64,000 nt of DNA from an uncultured Acidobacteriaceae bacterium (GTDB lineage: Bacteria; Acidobacteriota; Terriglobia; Terriglobales; Acidobacteriaceae). Under the pieces are notes generated by a model that saw nothing but the letters and a program-made list of their open reading frames with translations, made no database searches and had not been told where the DNA came from. Shown piece by piece: positions 17,468 to 27,344 of the stretch; the first letter of the stretch is position 1, and every line of letters starts with the position of its first letter. The DNA is taken from contig CAWFXF010000001.1 in NCBI GenBank assembly GCA_963819765.1, forward strand, positions 206,506-270,505. Direction: 5' to 3'. The translations under genes were made by a program, and so were the position numbers.

Positions 17468-19039
17468 CTAGAGATTCTGTTTGTTTCTTTCGCCTGCGAG
17501 ATACTCGGCTGCTCGCATTGAGAGTGCGAGGATCGTCATGGTTGGATTTTGCCAGCCAGAGCTGGTGAAGCCTGCTCCATCGACGACGAAGAGGTTCTTG
17601 TGATCGTGGCTCTGGCACCACTTGTTCAGAACACTGCGCTTCGGGTCGTCGCCCATGCGGCAGGTTCCGACTTCGTGGATGCTGTAGCCGGGCGGGTTGG
17701 GCGCGGCGTTCTTCGACAGCACTTCAAAGCCCGCGGCTTCGGCTACGGCGGAGCCTACCTCGACGGCGTCTTTCGCCATGTTGAACTCGTTGTCGGTGTA
17801 TTTGGTCTCGACGTGAAGAGCGGGGATTCCCCAGGCATCTACTTTGTTCTTGTCGATGCGGACGTGATTCTCGTAGCGGCCGAGGACCTCGCCCATGATG
17901 GTCATGTGGAAGGAACTGCCGTTATATTCGTCGAGTTTCCGTTGCAGCTCCGCGCCGTAGGCGGCGAAGTTGCGGGGATGCACAGGCCCCCGGCTGCTGG
18001 TTACGTTGAGGGCATAGCCGCGCAGGAAGGAATCGCTTTTGGTGTCGATGTTGCGAAAGCGCGGGACGATGGCTCCGCCGCCCATCAGCTCGGGTGTGGA
18101 TTTGCCGTTGCGAGCTTCAGGGACAGAGCATATCAGGCCTGCGCCGTAGATTTGATCCATGAGATAGCGCCCGACAAGGCCGCTGGAGTTGGCGAGCTTT
18201 GAGTTCAGGAGCAGGCGCGTGCTTTCGAGCGTTCCCGCGGCGAGCACGACGATGCGCGCTTTGACGTGCATCTCGCGATGGGTGAGGCGATCGACGAAGT
18301 GGCAGCCGTTCGGCAGTCCGGTGTTCTTGTCGACGGTGATTTCGCGCACGACGGCGTTGGCGATGGAGGTGAGCTTGCCGGTCTTCTCGGCGTCGGGCAG
18401 AAGGAGATTGACGGAGCTGGCGAGGCCGTCGCGGCCGAGGGCGCGGCGCTGCTTGCAGACGGGCATGTTGAAGCGCTTACCTGCGGCGATGAAACGCTGC
18501 ATCGACTCGGACCATGGGGCGTCGTCGGGGACGAAGTTGCCGTCAGGCATCTGCGGCGGACCGTCCATGGCGCCGGCGACCTGGAAGATTTCTTCGACGC
18601 GCGAGTAGTAGGACGACAGATCGGCGTGGCTGATGGGCCAGTCGTCTCCGAAGCCGTCGCGCGATCTGGCCTTGAATTCGTAGTCGCTGAGACGGAAGGA
18701 TTGCCGCGACCAGAAGAGGGACCGGCCACCGAAGAGGCGAACGCGAACCCAGTTGTAGGGATTCTCGGCGGGGAAGGTATAGGGAACCTCCTGCTCGTCG
18801 ACCCAGACGTTGGCGTTGAACTCGCTGGCCTGAAAGACGTGTTCGAGGCGGCCTGGTGGCTTGAATCCACGGTAAGGAAGCTCGTACGCGGGCTTGTGCT
18901 GGGCGTCGCGCGCTACATCGGCGACCGGGCCTGCGTTCAGCATCAGGCAGCGGGCGCCGCTTTCGGTGAGGACCCTGGCGGCCATGCCGCCGGCGTGTCC
19001 CGAGCCAATAATCAGTACGTCGAAGATTTCATTCGTCAT
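17468..19039 (-). CDS. GMC-family FAD oxidoreductase
   Basis: DVLIIGSGHAGGMAA dinucleotide fold and a C-terminal GMC segment (HEVGTCRMG, NLFVVDGAGF). Confidence 0.85.
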   Translation of the reverse strand: MTNEIFDVLIIGSGHAGGMAARVLTESGARCLMLNAGPVADVARDAQHKPAYELPYRGFKPPGRLEHVFQASEFNANVWVDEQEVPYTFPAENPYNWVRVRLFGGRSLFWSRQSFRLSDYEFKARSRDGFGDDWPISHADLSSYYSRVEEIFQVAGAMDGPPQMPDGNFVPDDAPWSESMQRFIAAGKRFNMPVCKQRRALGRDGLASSVNLLLPDAEKTGKLTSIANAVVREITVDKNTGLPNGCHFVDRLTHREMHVKARIVVLAAGTLESTRLLLNSKLANSSGLVGRYLMDQIYGAGLICSVPEARNGKSTPELMGGGAIVPRFRNIDTKSDSFLRGYALNVTSSRGPVHPRNFAAYGAELQRKLDEYNGSSFHMTIMGEVLGRYENHVRIDKNKVDAWGIPALHVETKYTDNEFNMAKDAVEVGSAVAEAAGFEVLSKNAAPNPPGYSIHEVGTCRMGDDPKRSVLNKWCQSHDHKNLFVVDGAGFTSSGWQNPTMTILALSMRAAEYLAGERNKQNL

Positions 19040-19057
19040 CAGATGCAGTCGCCAGTG

Positions 19058-19768
19058 TTATCGCGGGTAAGAGGGAATGGAGTGGCTTGCTTTGGGTGCT
19101 GCAAGAACATGCGGAGGTATGTGTGTGCTGTCTGAGGGAGCGCATGCCTGAGGCTCGATGGGATACCAGAAGAGGCCGGACGGGGCAGCCTCTTCGCCGG
19201 TTGTGGGGGCGACGTCGCTCCATGCCCTGGAATTTACGGTGGCGGTGCGGATATCGTCATGTGCGATGTTGATGAAGTCTGCGTGGGGCTCGGTGGGAGG
19301 GTGGTCGCTCATCCATGTGCGCAGCCAGGGCTTGAGGAGAGAATCGGCCTGCGTGTCGTCGAGTTGGGCGAAGGACTTTTTGTATTTCGACTGAGACTGT
19401 GTCTCCAGCCAGTTCAAGCCATCGATGTAGACCTTTTGACGCGCGGTGGGTGAGCTGCCGATCAGGAAATCGAGGAAGAGTGGCGCCTGGGCCTGCAGGG
19501 CTCCGGGCTTGTTATCGAGCGGAGGCACAAGCACATCGGAGAGGCGCACAACAGTGGCCATCTGCACGGCGGTGAAGAAGCGCTGATCGGTTGCGGCAAT
19601 GGTATCGGCTGTCTCAGTGTGCGGGAGAGGAGTCTTCGGGTTCAGGCCCAGTGTCCACGGTACCGGAGCCGGGGGAGGAAGGGCGGATTTGCCGTTTTGC
19701 TGCGAGAAGAGGGCTTTGGGTGCAACGATGGCCGAGATCATGGCCCGGACAAATCCACGACGCAACAT
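19058..19768 (-). CDS. gluconate 2-dehydrogenase subunit-3-like Tat-signal protein (small partner of the GMC oxidoreductase)
   Basis: MLRRGFVRAMISAIVAP signal, 236 aa, immediately upstream of the GMC gene. This pairing is common. Confidence 0.65.
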   Translation of the reverse strand: MLRRGFVRAMISAIVAPKALFSQQNGKSALPPPAPVPWTLGLNPKTPLPHTETADTIAATDQRFFTAVQMATVVRLSDVLVPPLDNKPGALQAQAPLFLDFLIGSSPTARQKVYIDGLNWLETQSQSKYKKSFAQLDDTQADSLLKPWLRTWMSDHPPTEPHADFINIAHDDIRTATVNSRAWSDVAPTTGEEAAPSGLFWYPIEPQACAPSDSTHIPPHVLAAPKASHSIPSYPR

Positions 19769-19853
19769 ATATGCTCCTTTGCATCGCTAAAACGCTACAT
19801 CGGAATGGGTTGCGGCGTCCAGAGGTGAATCCAGCCAGGTGTGAGAGTAGTTC

Positions 19854-20546
19854 ATGCGTATAACGAGACGGGAACTGGTGATCGCGGCGGGCTTGATTGG
19901 CTTATGCGTGACGGGGCGTGGGCAGACCAACGAATTTTTACCGGAGATAGATTTCTATTCCAAGCTCCGTGGCGGGGTCCGGTTTACTTTTCAGGCAAAG
20001 CAGACGCGGGAGGCGAATGAGCCGGTGCAGGCCGAGTTTGGACCGAGCCTGGATTTCTACGTTCATTCATGGGGGTGGCTGCGTGAGGTGACGAAGTTCG
20101 ATCTCGATGATGCGAAGACCCGGCCTCTGATATTGGCGGTGGGGTATCGCTACCTGCCAGAGGCTAATGGGGGAGCGTCGACTAACCGAATCGAGCCGGT
20201 GGCTACTGCTCGCTTTCCATTGGGGCGCAAGGGTCTGTTGACCGACAGGAACAGGTTCGATCTGGACTGGAAGAACGGCAGCTTCTTCTGGCGTTATCGC
20301 AACAGAGTGCAGATGGAGGCACCGGTCGGTATTCGTTCTTACCATGTGACGCCATACGCGAGCGCAGAGGTCTTCTACGAGAGCCTGTACGGAAAATGGA
20401 GCGATACCGCGATCTATGCCGGGTGTCTTTTCCCGATCCGAAAGCACGTTCAGCTGGATCCGTACTATGAGCACCAGAACAACACTGGGAAGATGCCTCA
20501 TCAGGTGTTGAATCAGTTTGGTATAGTGTTCAATCTTTTCTTTTAG
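19854..20546 (+). CDS. DUF2490-like outer-membrane beta-barrel protein
   Basis: Signal peptide, alternating aromatic/Arg beta-strand pattern and a C-terminal ...GIVFNLFF. Confidence 0.55.
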   Translation: MRITRRELVIAAGLIGLCVTGRGQTNEFLPEIDFYSKLRGGVRFTFQAKQTREANEPVQAEFGPSLDFYVHSWGWLREVTKFDLDDAKTRPLILAVGYRYLPEANGGASTNRIEPVATARFPLGRKGLLTDRNRFDLDWKNGSFFWRYRNRVQMEAPVGIRSYHVTPYASAEVFYESLYGKWSDTAIYAGCLFPIRKHVQLDPYYEHQNNTGKMPHQVLNQFGIVFNLFF

Positions 20547-20830
20547 GGTTTGTGGCGGTTTTGGAGATTTGTGAATCGATCAGTCGCTTCGCCCCTTTTG
20601 TCAGGAAGGAAATGCATCTGTTCTACCTGGGCACGCACTCCTGCGGGAAGAGCTGCCTTCACATCAAGCGAATCTCTGATATTCACGTGCCTACGTTGAA
20701 GAGCTGGTGCAGAGTTCGGTGCGGAATGTGATGAAGAGCCATTTGATGGCGAATGGCTATGCCATCGTCCTATAGAAGCAGATCGCGCTTTGCCCACTCA
20801 TGCGTGCGGTAATAAAAGGTGCATCCGACA

Positions 20831-23275
20831 CTATTCATCGCGCAAGGTTCTTGCTGGATCGATTGCTGCAATGCGGAGCGTAGGCACTGTTGCCGCGATG
20901 AGTGTTACCGCCCCAAGTGTTGCGACGACGGTCGCGATGGTGGGGAAATCATAGACGGGTATTCCGTAAAGGACACTGCGCATCGCGCGCAATGCTGCTG
21001 CACAGGAGAGCAAACCGAGAACAAGGCCCAGTGCCGCAGCGTTAGCGCCCGGTAATCCAATACGGACCATGGCTTGATGGATTGTGGAGCCAAGTGCTAT
21101 GCGAATACCGATCTCACGCGTTTTCTGGGTGACGATGTTAGCTACGAGAGCGAATATTCCTACTGCGCTCAACAATAAGGCGAGCGCAGCCATGGTGCTT
21201 AAGAGCGCCACTTCGACACGTTGTGTCGCCAGGGTCTTTGCCTGCAGGTCGCGCATGCTGTAGAAGCCAGAGAAGGGTATGTTGGGGTCTGCGCTGGCCA
21301 GTGCGCGTTGCATCTGAGGAGTCAATCCTTCTACAGGCCCGGCTGTACGAACGATCCAGCTTGGCTGAAACCATGTATGAGCCATCGAAACCAGTTGGGG
21401 GTCCACTTGAGCAGCTGGGATATAGATCATCTCTTCGCCAGTCAGAGGCGCGACGGGGTCGATTCCCGGAGCCATGGCTACATCTGCCACCATGCCGACG
21501 ATCATCAGTTTTTTGCCAATATTGAGGTAGTGCCCAACAGGATCCTCATCGTGGAGAAATTTTCGGGCGAATGTCTGATTAACGATGACGACGGGTTGCG
21601 CATCGGGACCGTCCCCTTCGTTGAAGGAGCGACCCCTCAGGATGGGAGTCTCGAGTGTCTCGAAGTAGCCGGGAGTGATGTATGTCTCGTCAGCCATGAC
21701 TTTCTTCCCGGCTTCTTTGCCGCTGTCGATCGTTATTCCACCCATGACGAGGGAACGTTCATAAGGCAGGCTCAGGCCTACAGCTGCTTGTTGTACGCCA
21801 GGAATCTGGCGCATGGTCGCGGTGCTCTCATCAAGGAGCTTCCGGAAGGCTGCCGGGTCGTGATATCGCAGGTCATCCAGGGATGCTTTTGCGGTCATGA
21901 TTCCGTTTGGGTTGAATCCGGGCGGCAGAGTTTGAAGGTGGATCAGCGTGCGAATGAGCAGGCCGGATGCGGCAAGCAGCACAACAGTAAGAGCGACCTC
22001 GGAGATGATCAAGGCCTGACGCAGTCTGAGACGGTCTCCGCCGATCACGGCACGACTGGCGATGGCGGAACGAAGATCGAGTCTTCGCGTTGCAAGCGCA
22101 GGCAACATGCCGAAGAGCACGCTTGTAAGGAGAGAGATGGAGAGGGTAAACGTGAGGACGCGGCCATCGAGGGGCACAGTAACAACAGGCAGGAAATTTT
22201 CGGGGAGGAGCAGCAGGAGGCCTCGCAGGGCGGCGAAGCCCATGACGACGCCGGCGCTTCCTCCCATGAGGGCGAGAAGGAGATTTTCGACCCAGAGCTG
22301 TCTTTGAATCTGCCATCGAGATGCGCCGAGCGCCATGCGGGTAGCGACTTCAGGAATGCGCCGGAGCATGCGCACCAATGTGAGGCCGGCGAGGTTGGCG
22401 CAGGCGATCAGCAGGATAAAACCGGCTGCCAACATCAGAGCCAGAGCCTGGGGACGCAGTTTGTCCGTTGCGCCTTTCTGGAGTGGCACAGAGTAGAAGG
22501 TGACCTGCGCACCAGTGTTGCCTTCCAACTCGTAGCGATTTGTCCGGAGAGACCAGGCGCGGGTGATCTCGGCGTCGGCCTGTTCCCAGGTTGCGCCATC
22601 GCGGAGGCGGGTGATGACCTCGAAGTTGGTTCCCGCGCCTTCGCCTTTGCGGCTCTCCTGGAGCGGCAAATACAGGTCGGCGTTAATAGGGGTAGTGACG
22701 CCCTCGGGCAACACGCCGACGACGGTGAAGGGCTCACCCTTCAGAAGGACGGCCTGACCGATCACATTGGAGTTTGCGCCGAGGGTTTCTTTCCACAAAC
22801 GGTAGCTCAGGATGGCGGATTTTGCGCCAGAGGGACGGTCTTCTGACTCGGTGAAGTTTCGTCCAGCAAAGGGACGGATTGCCAGCACGTCGAGGTAGTG
22901 TGCCGAGATACGTCCAGCGTGAAGATACTGCACCTGCGATCCAGTCTGAAGATTGACGCCGGAGGTCCGGCCGCTGGCGATGGCCGAGAGAAGAGAAGGT
23001 ACGTTATCGCGGAGAAGCTCCCATTGCTCGCCGTTGATCCTGTGACGCTCATCGTGGGGGGTAGATCCAGTGACCCGCGTGTAGATGGTCCCCATGCGCT
23101 CGGGATGAGAATAAGGGAGGCTCTTGAGCATGAGCGCGTTCACGATGGAGAAGATGGCAGTGTTCGCACCGATTGAAAGCGCCAGTGTCAGAACCATAGT
23201 CAATGTGAAGCCGGGATTGCGACGCAACTGGCGCACCGCAAATTTAAGGTTCTGTCCTAACGTATTCATCGACAC
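20831..23275 (-). CDS. ADOP-family duplicated MacB/FtsX-type ABC permease (no adjacent ATPase)
   Basis: 814 aa. The N-terminus LKFAVRQLRRNPGFTLTMVLTLALSIGANTAIFSIVNA is the hallmark of this family, and there are two FtsX-like 4-TM modules. Confidence 0.9.
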   Translation of the reverse strand: MSMNTLGQNLKFAVRQLRRNPGFTLTMVLTLALSIGANTAIFSIVNALMLKSLPYSHPERMGTIYTRVTGSTPHDERHRINGEQWELLRDNVPSLLSAIASGRTSGVNLQTGSQVQYLHAGRISAHYLDVLAIRPFAGRNFTESEDRPSGAKSAILSYRLWKETLGANSNVIGQAVLLKGEPFTVVGVLPEGVTTPINADLYLPLQESRKGEGAGTNFEVITRLRDGATWEQADAEITRAWSLRTNRYELEGNTGAQVTFYSVPLQKGATDKLRPQALALMLAAGFILLIACANLAGLTLVRMLRRIPEVATRMALGASRWQIQRQLWVENLLLALMGGSAGVVMGFAALRGLLLLLPENFLPVVTVPLDGRVLTFTLSISLLTSVLFGMLPALATRRLDLRSAIASRAVIGGDRLRLRQALIISEVALTVVLLAASGLLIRTLIHLQTLPPGFNPNGIMTAKASLDDLRYHDPAAFRKLLDESTATMRQIPGVQQAAVGLSLPYERSLVMGGITIDSGKEAGKKVMADETYITPGYFETLETPILRGRSFNEGDGPDAQPVVIVNQTFARKFLHDEDPVGHYLNIGKKLMIVGMVADVAMAPGIDPVAPLTGEEMIYIPAAQVDPQLVSMAHTWFQPSWIVRTAGPVEGLTPQMQRALASADPNIPFSGFYSMRDLQAKTLATQRVEVALLSTMAALALLLSAVGIFALVANIVTQKTREIGIRIALGSTIHQAMVRIGLPGANAAALGLVLGLLSCAAALRAMRSVLYGIPVYDFPTIATVVATLGAVTLIAATVPTLRIAAIDPARTLRDE

Positions 23276-23368
23276 ACCTCTGGTGAGACAAGGGCTTCTG
23301 CCGAAGATACGTTGAGAAAGAAAGTTTTGTTGCAGGAAAGGAACGAGTCGGACCCGAAGATTGAGAGG

Positions 23369-24811
23369 CTATTGGCCGGTGCCGCCGACGGTCATCCTGT
23401 CGAGTTTGATGGTGGGCATGCCTACGCCTACGGGTACGGACTGGCCGGATTTGCCGCAGGTTCCTATGCCCTCGTCTAGGGCGAGGTCGTTGCCTACCAT
23501 GGAGACGTACTTGAGGGCTTCGGGGCCGTTGCCTATGAGGGTGGCTCCTTTGACGGGGCGGGTGACCTTGCCGTCTTCGATGAGGTAGGCCTCGGAGGCG
23601 GAGAAGACGAACTTGCCGTTGGTGATGTCGACCTGGCCTCCGCCGAAGTTGACGGCGTAGAGGCCGCGCTTGACCGACTTGATGATGTCCTCGGGCATGT
23701 CCTCGCCGTTGAGCATGTAGGTGTTGGTCATGCGCGGCATGGGGATGTGGTGGTAGCTCTCGCGGCGGCCGGAGCCGGTGTTGGGCATGTTCATCAGCTT
23801 TGCGGAGAGTTTGTCGGAGAGGTAGCCCTTGAGGATTCCGTTTTCGATGAGGACGGTCTCCTGCGTGGGGTTGCCTTCGTCGTCGACGTTGATGGAGCCG
23901 CGGCGGTTAGGCAGGCGGCCGTTGTCGACTACGGTAACTTTGGTTGACGCAACCTGCTGGCCGATGAGACCGGCGAAGGCGGAGGTCTTCTTGCGGTTGA
24001 AGTCGGCTTCGAGGCCGTGGCCTACGGCTTCGTGGAGGAGGACGCCTGGCCAGCCGGGACCGAGGACGACTTCCATCTCACCGGCGGGAGCTTCGATGGC
24101 TGCGAGCTGGAGTATGGCGGTGCGGGCGGCCTCTTTCGCGAAATGTTCCGGACTTTTTTCGCCGGTGAAGAAGTCCATGGTGATGCGGCCGCCTCCGCCA
24201 GAGGAACCGCGGGCGGTGTTGGTGGCGTCTTTGGCGATGACAAAGACGTTGAGGCGGGAGAGCGGCTGGGTGTCGGAGGCGAAGGTGCCGTCGGAGGCGG
24301 CGACGAGGATGCGGCGGAGCTCGTCGGAGAAGCTGGCGCGGACCTGGGTGATGCGGGAATCGTAGGCGCGGGCCGCGGCGTCGGCGCGCTGGATGAGGGT
24401 GAGCTTGGCGGCGATCTCGGCGTCGGCGGTGGCTCCGGCGATGGGATAGAGGGAGTCGGCTTCGGTGTGGCGGAAGCCCTGCATGAGCTCTTTTGCCGGG
24501 CCGGAGGCGATGAGGGCGGCGGTGCGGGCGGCCTTGAGGAGGCAGTCGGCGGAGAGATCGTCGGTGTAGGCGTAGCCGGTGCGCTCGCCGGAGAGAACAC
24601 GGACTCCGCAGCCGAGCGAGACACCCTGGGAGGCGGATTTGACGATGGATTCGTCGATGCCGAGCGAGGTGGAGGTGACCGACTCGAAGTAGAGATCGGC
24701 ATAGTCGCCCCCGGCGGAGAGAGCTTCGGCGAGGCAACGCTCGATGAGGCGCTCAGAGATGCCTAATTTTGCGGTGAAGTAGTGCTTGTGGTCGGTAGCG
24801 GGGATTGTCAT
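23369..24811 (-). CDS. tldD: TldD metalloprotease
   Basis: 480 aa, PmbA_TldD fold with HExxxH (LLHEAVGHGLEADF). Confidence 0.9.
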   Translation of the reverse strand: MTIPATDHKHYFTAKLGISERLIERCLAEALSAGGDYADLYFESVTSTSLGIDESIVKSASQGVSLGCGVRVLSGERTGYAYTDDLSADCLLKAARTAALIASGPAKELMQGFRHTEADSLYPIAGATADAEIAAKLTLIQRADAAARAYDSRITQVRASFSDELRRILVAASDGTFASDTQPLSRLNVFVIAKDATNTARGSSGGGGRITMDFFTGEKSPEHFAKEAARTAILQLAAIEAPAGEMEVVLGPGWPGVLLHEAVGHGLEADFNRKKTSAFAGLIGQQVASTKVTVVDNGRLPNRRGSINVDDEGNPTQETVLIENGILKGYLSDKLSAKLMNMPNTGSGRRESYHHIPMPRMTNTYMLNGEDMPEDIIKSVKRGLYAVNFGGGQVDITNGKFVFSASEAYLIEDGKVTRPVKGATLIGNGPEALKYVSMVGNDLALDEGIGTCGKSGQSVPVGVGMPTIKLDRMTVGGTGQ

Positions 24812-25002
24812 CTTCTTTTGATGATAGGGAGCAGTCAGCGAGTCAGCAAGTCAGCGGCTATACGAATTAGACCAGCTGAGCCTCAGTGCGAGATTGATGC
24901 GTTAGCTGTTTTTCTGCGTGACCTGGTGCATTTTAGTCGCGCCCCAATTCCTTGATTTGATACCTTTCTTGGAGAATCCGGCCCTGATTTTGAGAGATTG
25001 CA

Positions 25003-26400
25003 ATGCAAGCGACAGCAACAGAACTCATCGAGCGTCTGGCACAGCACAAGACTCTTGGTTCGGCGCCCCGTGAAGAGCTGGCATGGCTTGCGGAGCATGG
25101 ACGTCTTCGGAGGCTTGAAGCAGGCGATGTGCTCTCGCAGAGAGGCCGACCGGTGGAGGCGATGTACGTTGTTCTGTCGGGGCGGATGGCGATATTTGTC
25201 GACCGCGGCGCGGGGCCTCAGAAGATGCTGGAGTGGCAAGGGGGCGATGTCACCGGAACGCTTCCATACTCGCGACTGGTGAATCCCCCGGGCGATGTGA
25301 TTGTCCAGGAACCTGCGGAGATTCTGGCGTTAGACCCGGACCGTTTTCCTCAGCTGATCCGGGAGTGTTTTGGGATCACGTCGATCCTCGTGCACCTGAT
25401 GCTGGATCGCGCGCGATTGTTTACTTCTACCGATCTTCATAACGAGAAGATGGTCTCGCTGGGGAAGCTCTCGTCCGGGCTGGCGCATGAGCTGAATAAT
25501 CCTGCGTCCGCCATTGAGCGCTGCGTTTGCCTGCTTACGGACAGGCTTGAGGAGTCAGAAGACGCTACGCTTGCGCTGGGGACGGCAGGGCTTTCGGTCA
25601 CCGAATTGGCCGCCGTGGAGGCGATCAGAGAATCGTGCCTTGCGAAGAAGGACTCACGGAGCCGACCTCCATTGGAGCAGGCTGACCGTGAGGAGGCCAT
25701 TTCGGAATGGCTTGCCGGTCGTGGCCTGGATACGCGGAATGCCCAGATGCTCGCTGACACGGAAGCCAGTTTAGAGGCACTGAATTCAGTGGCGGAGGCG
25801 GTTCCGAAGGCGGCGCTTAACGACGTGCTTCGCTGGGCCGCCTCGGGATGTGCCGTGAGGAATCTTGCTTCGGAGGTTCGGGGAGCGTCGATGCGTATCT
25901 CCAGCCTTGTTATGGCGGTCAAGGGATTTACTCACATGGACCAGGCGATGGCGGCCGAACGGATGGATCCCGGGAACGGCCTGCGCAATGGTGTGATGGT
26001 GCTGAATGCGAAGGCGACGCAGAAGTCTGTAGCTGTAACGATGGCTCTGGATGCAAGCCTGCCCAAGGTGTTTGGCTTTGCCGCGGAACTCAACCAGGTT
26101 TGGGGAAACCTGATCGATAATGCGCTGGATGCCGCTCCGGTTGGTGGCCATGTGGAGGTGATCGCGAAGCAGGAAGGGCAACGTGTTGTGGTGCGCATTA
26201 TCGACAATGGCCCAGGTATTCCGACGGAGGTCCAGTCACGCATCTTTGACCCGTTTTTTACGACGAAACCGATGGGGCATGGAACGGGCCTGGGACTGGA
26301 TATTGCCCGGCGATTAGTGGTTCATAACGAAGGTGTGATTGATTTTGAGTCGCGGCCGGGCCGAACAGAGTTTCGTGTTTCGTTACCTGTCGCCGGCTGA
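25003..26400 (+). CDS. sensor histidine kinase with N-terminal cyclic-nucleotide-binding-like domain
   Basis: cNMP-like beta-barrel (GDVLSQRGRPVEAMYVVLSGRMAIF), H-box SSGLAHELNNPASAI, N/G boxes NLIDNALDA, DNGPGIP and GHGTGLGLDIA. No response regulator lies nearby. Confidence 0.8.
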   Translation: MQATATELIERLAQHKTLGSAPREELAWLAEHGRLRRLEAGDVLSQRGRPVEAMYVVLSGRMAIFVDRGAGPQKMLEWQGGDVTGTLPYSRLVNPPGDVIVQEPAEILALDPDRFPQLIRECFGITSILVHLMLDRARLFTSTDLHNEKMVSLGKLSSGLAHELNNPASAIERCVCLLTDRLEESEDATLALGTAGLSVTELAAVEAIRESCLAKKDSRSRPPLEQADREEAISEWLAGRGLDTRNAQMLADTEASLEALNSVAEAVPKAALNDVLRWAASGCAVRNLASEVRGASMRISSLVMAVKGFTHMDQAMAAERMDPGNGLRNGVMVLNAKATQKSVAVTMALDASLPKVFGFAAELNQVWGNLIDNALDAAPVGGHVEVIAKQEGQRVVVRIIDNGPGIPTEVQSRIFDPFFTTKPMGHGTGLGLDIARRLVVHNEGVIDFESRPGRTEFRVSLPVAG

Positions 26401-26409
26401 CCAGAAATA

Positions 26410-27231
26410 TCAGCGGCCGTGCGATGGATCGTCGGTGATGGCGGTGCTCATGTCGAGAAAGATTTTGGAAATGCCGGGGGCGTAGCAGTTATTGTCGGCG
26501 GCATAGGTTTTGGCGCAAGAGCGGGTGATCTCGGGACGGCGTGGGGATTGAGCATATTGCCAGACGGCGATGTCGGGAGTTCCGGCGGAGGTGATGGGTG
26601 GTGGCGTGAGAGTGCAGCCGTTGGAGGGCGGACAGGCGTCCTGGTAGACGAAGAGAGCGACGGAGTGGAGGTGCCGGGCGGCGGCCTGTTCGCGGACGTC
26701 CTGCGCGGTGGTGATGGTCTTACCGGGTTCATCAGGAACAGGCTGGCCACTCAGGTAGACGCCGGGAAGGTAAGGAGACGCGGCCACGGCTTCGGTCCAA
26801 GCGAAGAGGTAGGCGGATTGCTCGGGAAGCAGGCGGCCTCCTTCTTCCTGGTCGAGGAAGATGATCGTGCGTGCAGGAAAGTGTTCGCGGTGAGCAGCGG
26901 CGATGGCTTGAGCGGCATCTTGTTTGCCCAGAGTTTCGGGTGCTGTGCCATGGCGTTTGGCTTTGAGGATTTCTGCATCGAGGCGGCCGTTGAAGAGGAC
27001 GAGGAAACCGAAGCCGGCCTGGAGAAGCGTGTTGCGTTTGCCCTGCCAGGTATTGCTGGTCTCGCCGGGAGGGTTGTTGAGCCAATAGCCGGAGAAGGCA
27101 AACTGTTTACGCAGAGAGAGAAGAGTGAGATCGCCCGGGTAATCATTGCGGTCGAAGCCGAGATGCTGTGATTGCGCGAGGCTCGTGGCGACGTAAAGAA
27201 CGAAAATCAGGCTCCCAACAGAAGGGCGCAT
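26410..27231 (-). CDS. secreted DUF1906/glycoside-hydrolase-like domain protein
   Basis: Signal peptide, then GFDRNDYPG...SGYWLN, which resembles Rv2525c-type DUF1906. The assignment is tentative. Confidence 0.5.
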   Translation of the reverse strand: MRPSVGSLIFVLYVATSLAQSQHLGFDRNDYPGDLTLLSLRKQFAFSGYWLNNPPGETSNTWQGKRNTLLQAGFGFLVLFNGRLDAEILKAKRHGTAPETLGKQDAAQAIAAAHREHFPARTIIFLDQEEGGRLLPEQSAYLFAWTEAVAASPYLPGVYLSGQPVPDEPGKTITTAQDVREQAAARHLHSVALFVYQDACPPSNGCTLTPPPITSAGTPDIAVWQYAQSPRRPEITRSCAKTYAADNNCYAPGISKIFLDMSTAITDDPSHGR

Positions 27232-27344
27232 CCGTTTCTCTCCTTGCCTGAGAGTAAATGAGTCAAATTGCTAAGCAGAAAGTTTGGAGAATATACGGGA
27301 TGGCTGTGCTACCTTGCTGCTAAAGGGTTGAGGGGGAGGGGGCC

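Noticed and set aside
24017-24766. Long ORFs on both strands overlapping tldD (24017-24766 +, 24022-24702 -, 24078-24737 -)
   Set aside because: They are Pro/Ser/Ala/Arg/Gly-rich low-complexity translations, typical of alternative frames in GC-rich coding DNA. The TldD frame has clear family motifs (HExxxH).
24833-24856. Octamer triplet AGTCAGCG AGTCAGCA AGTCAGCG upstream of tldD, sharing the 17-mer AGTCAGCGAGTCAGCAA with the terminator stem at 58759-58775
   Set aside because: A single 17-mer match built from an internally repetitive 8-mer could arise by chance in 64 kb on two strands. There is no extended similarity beyond it.
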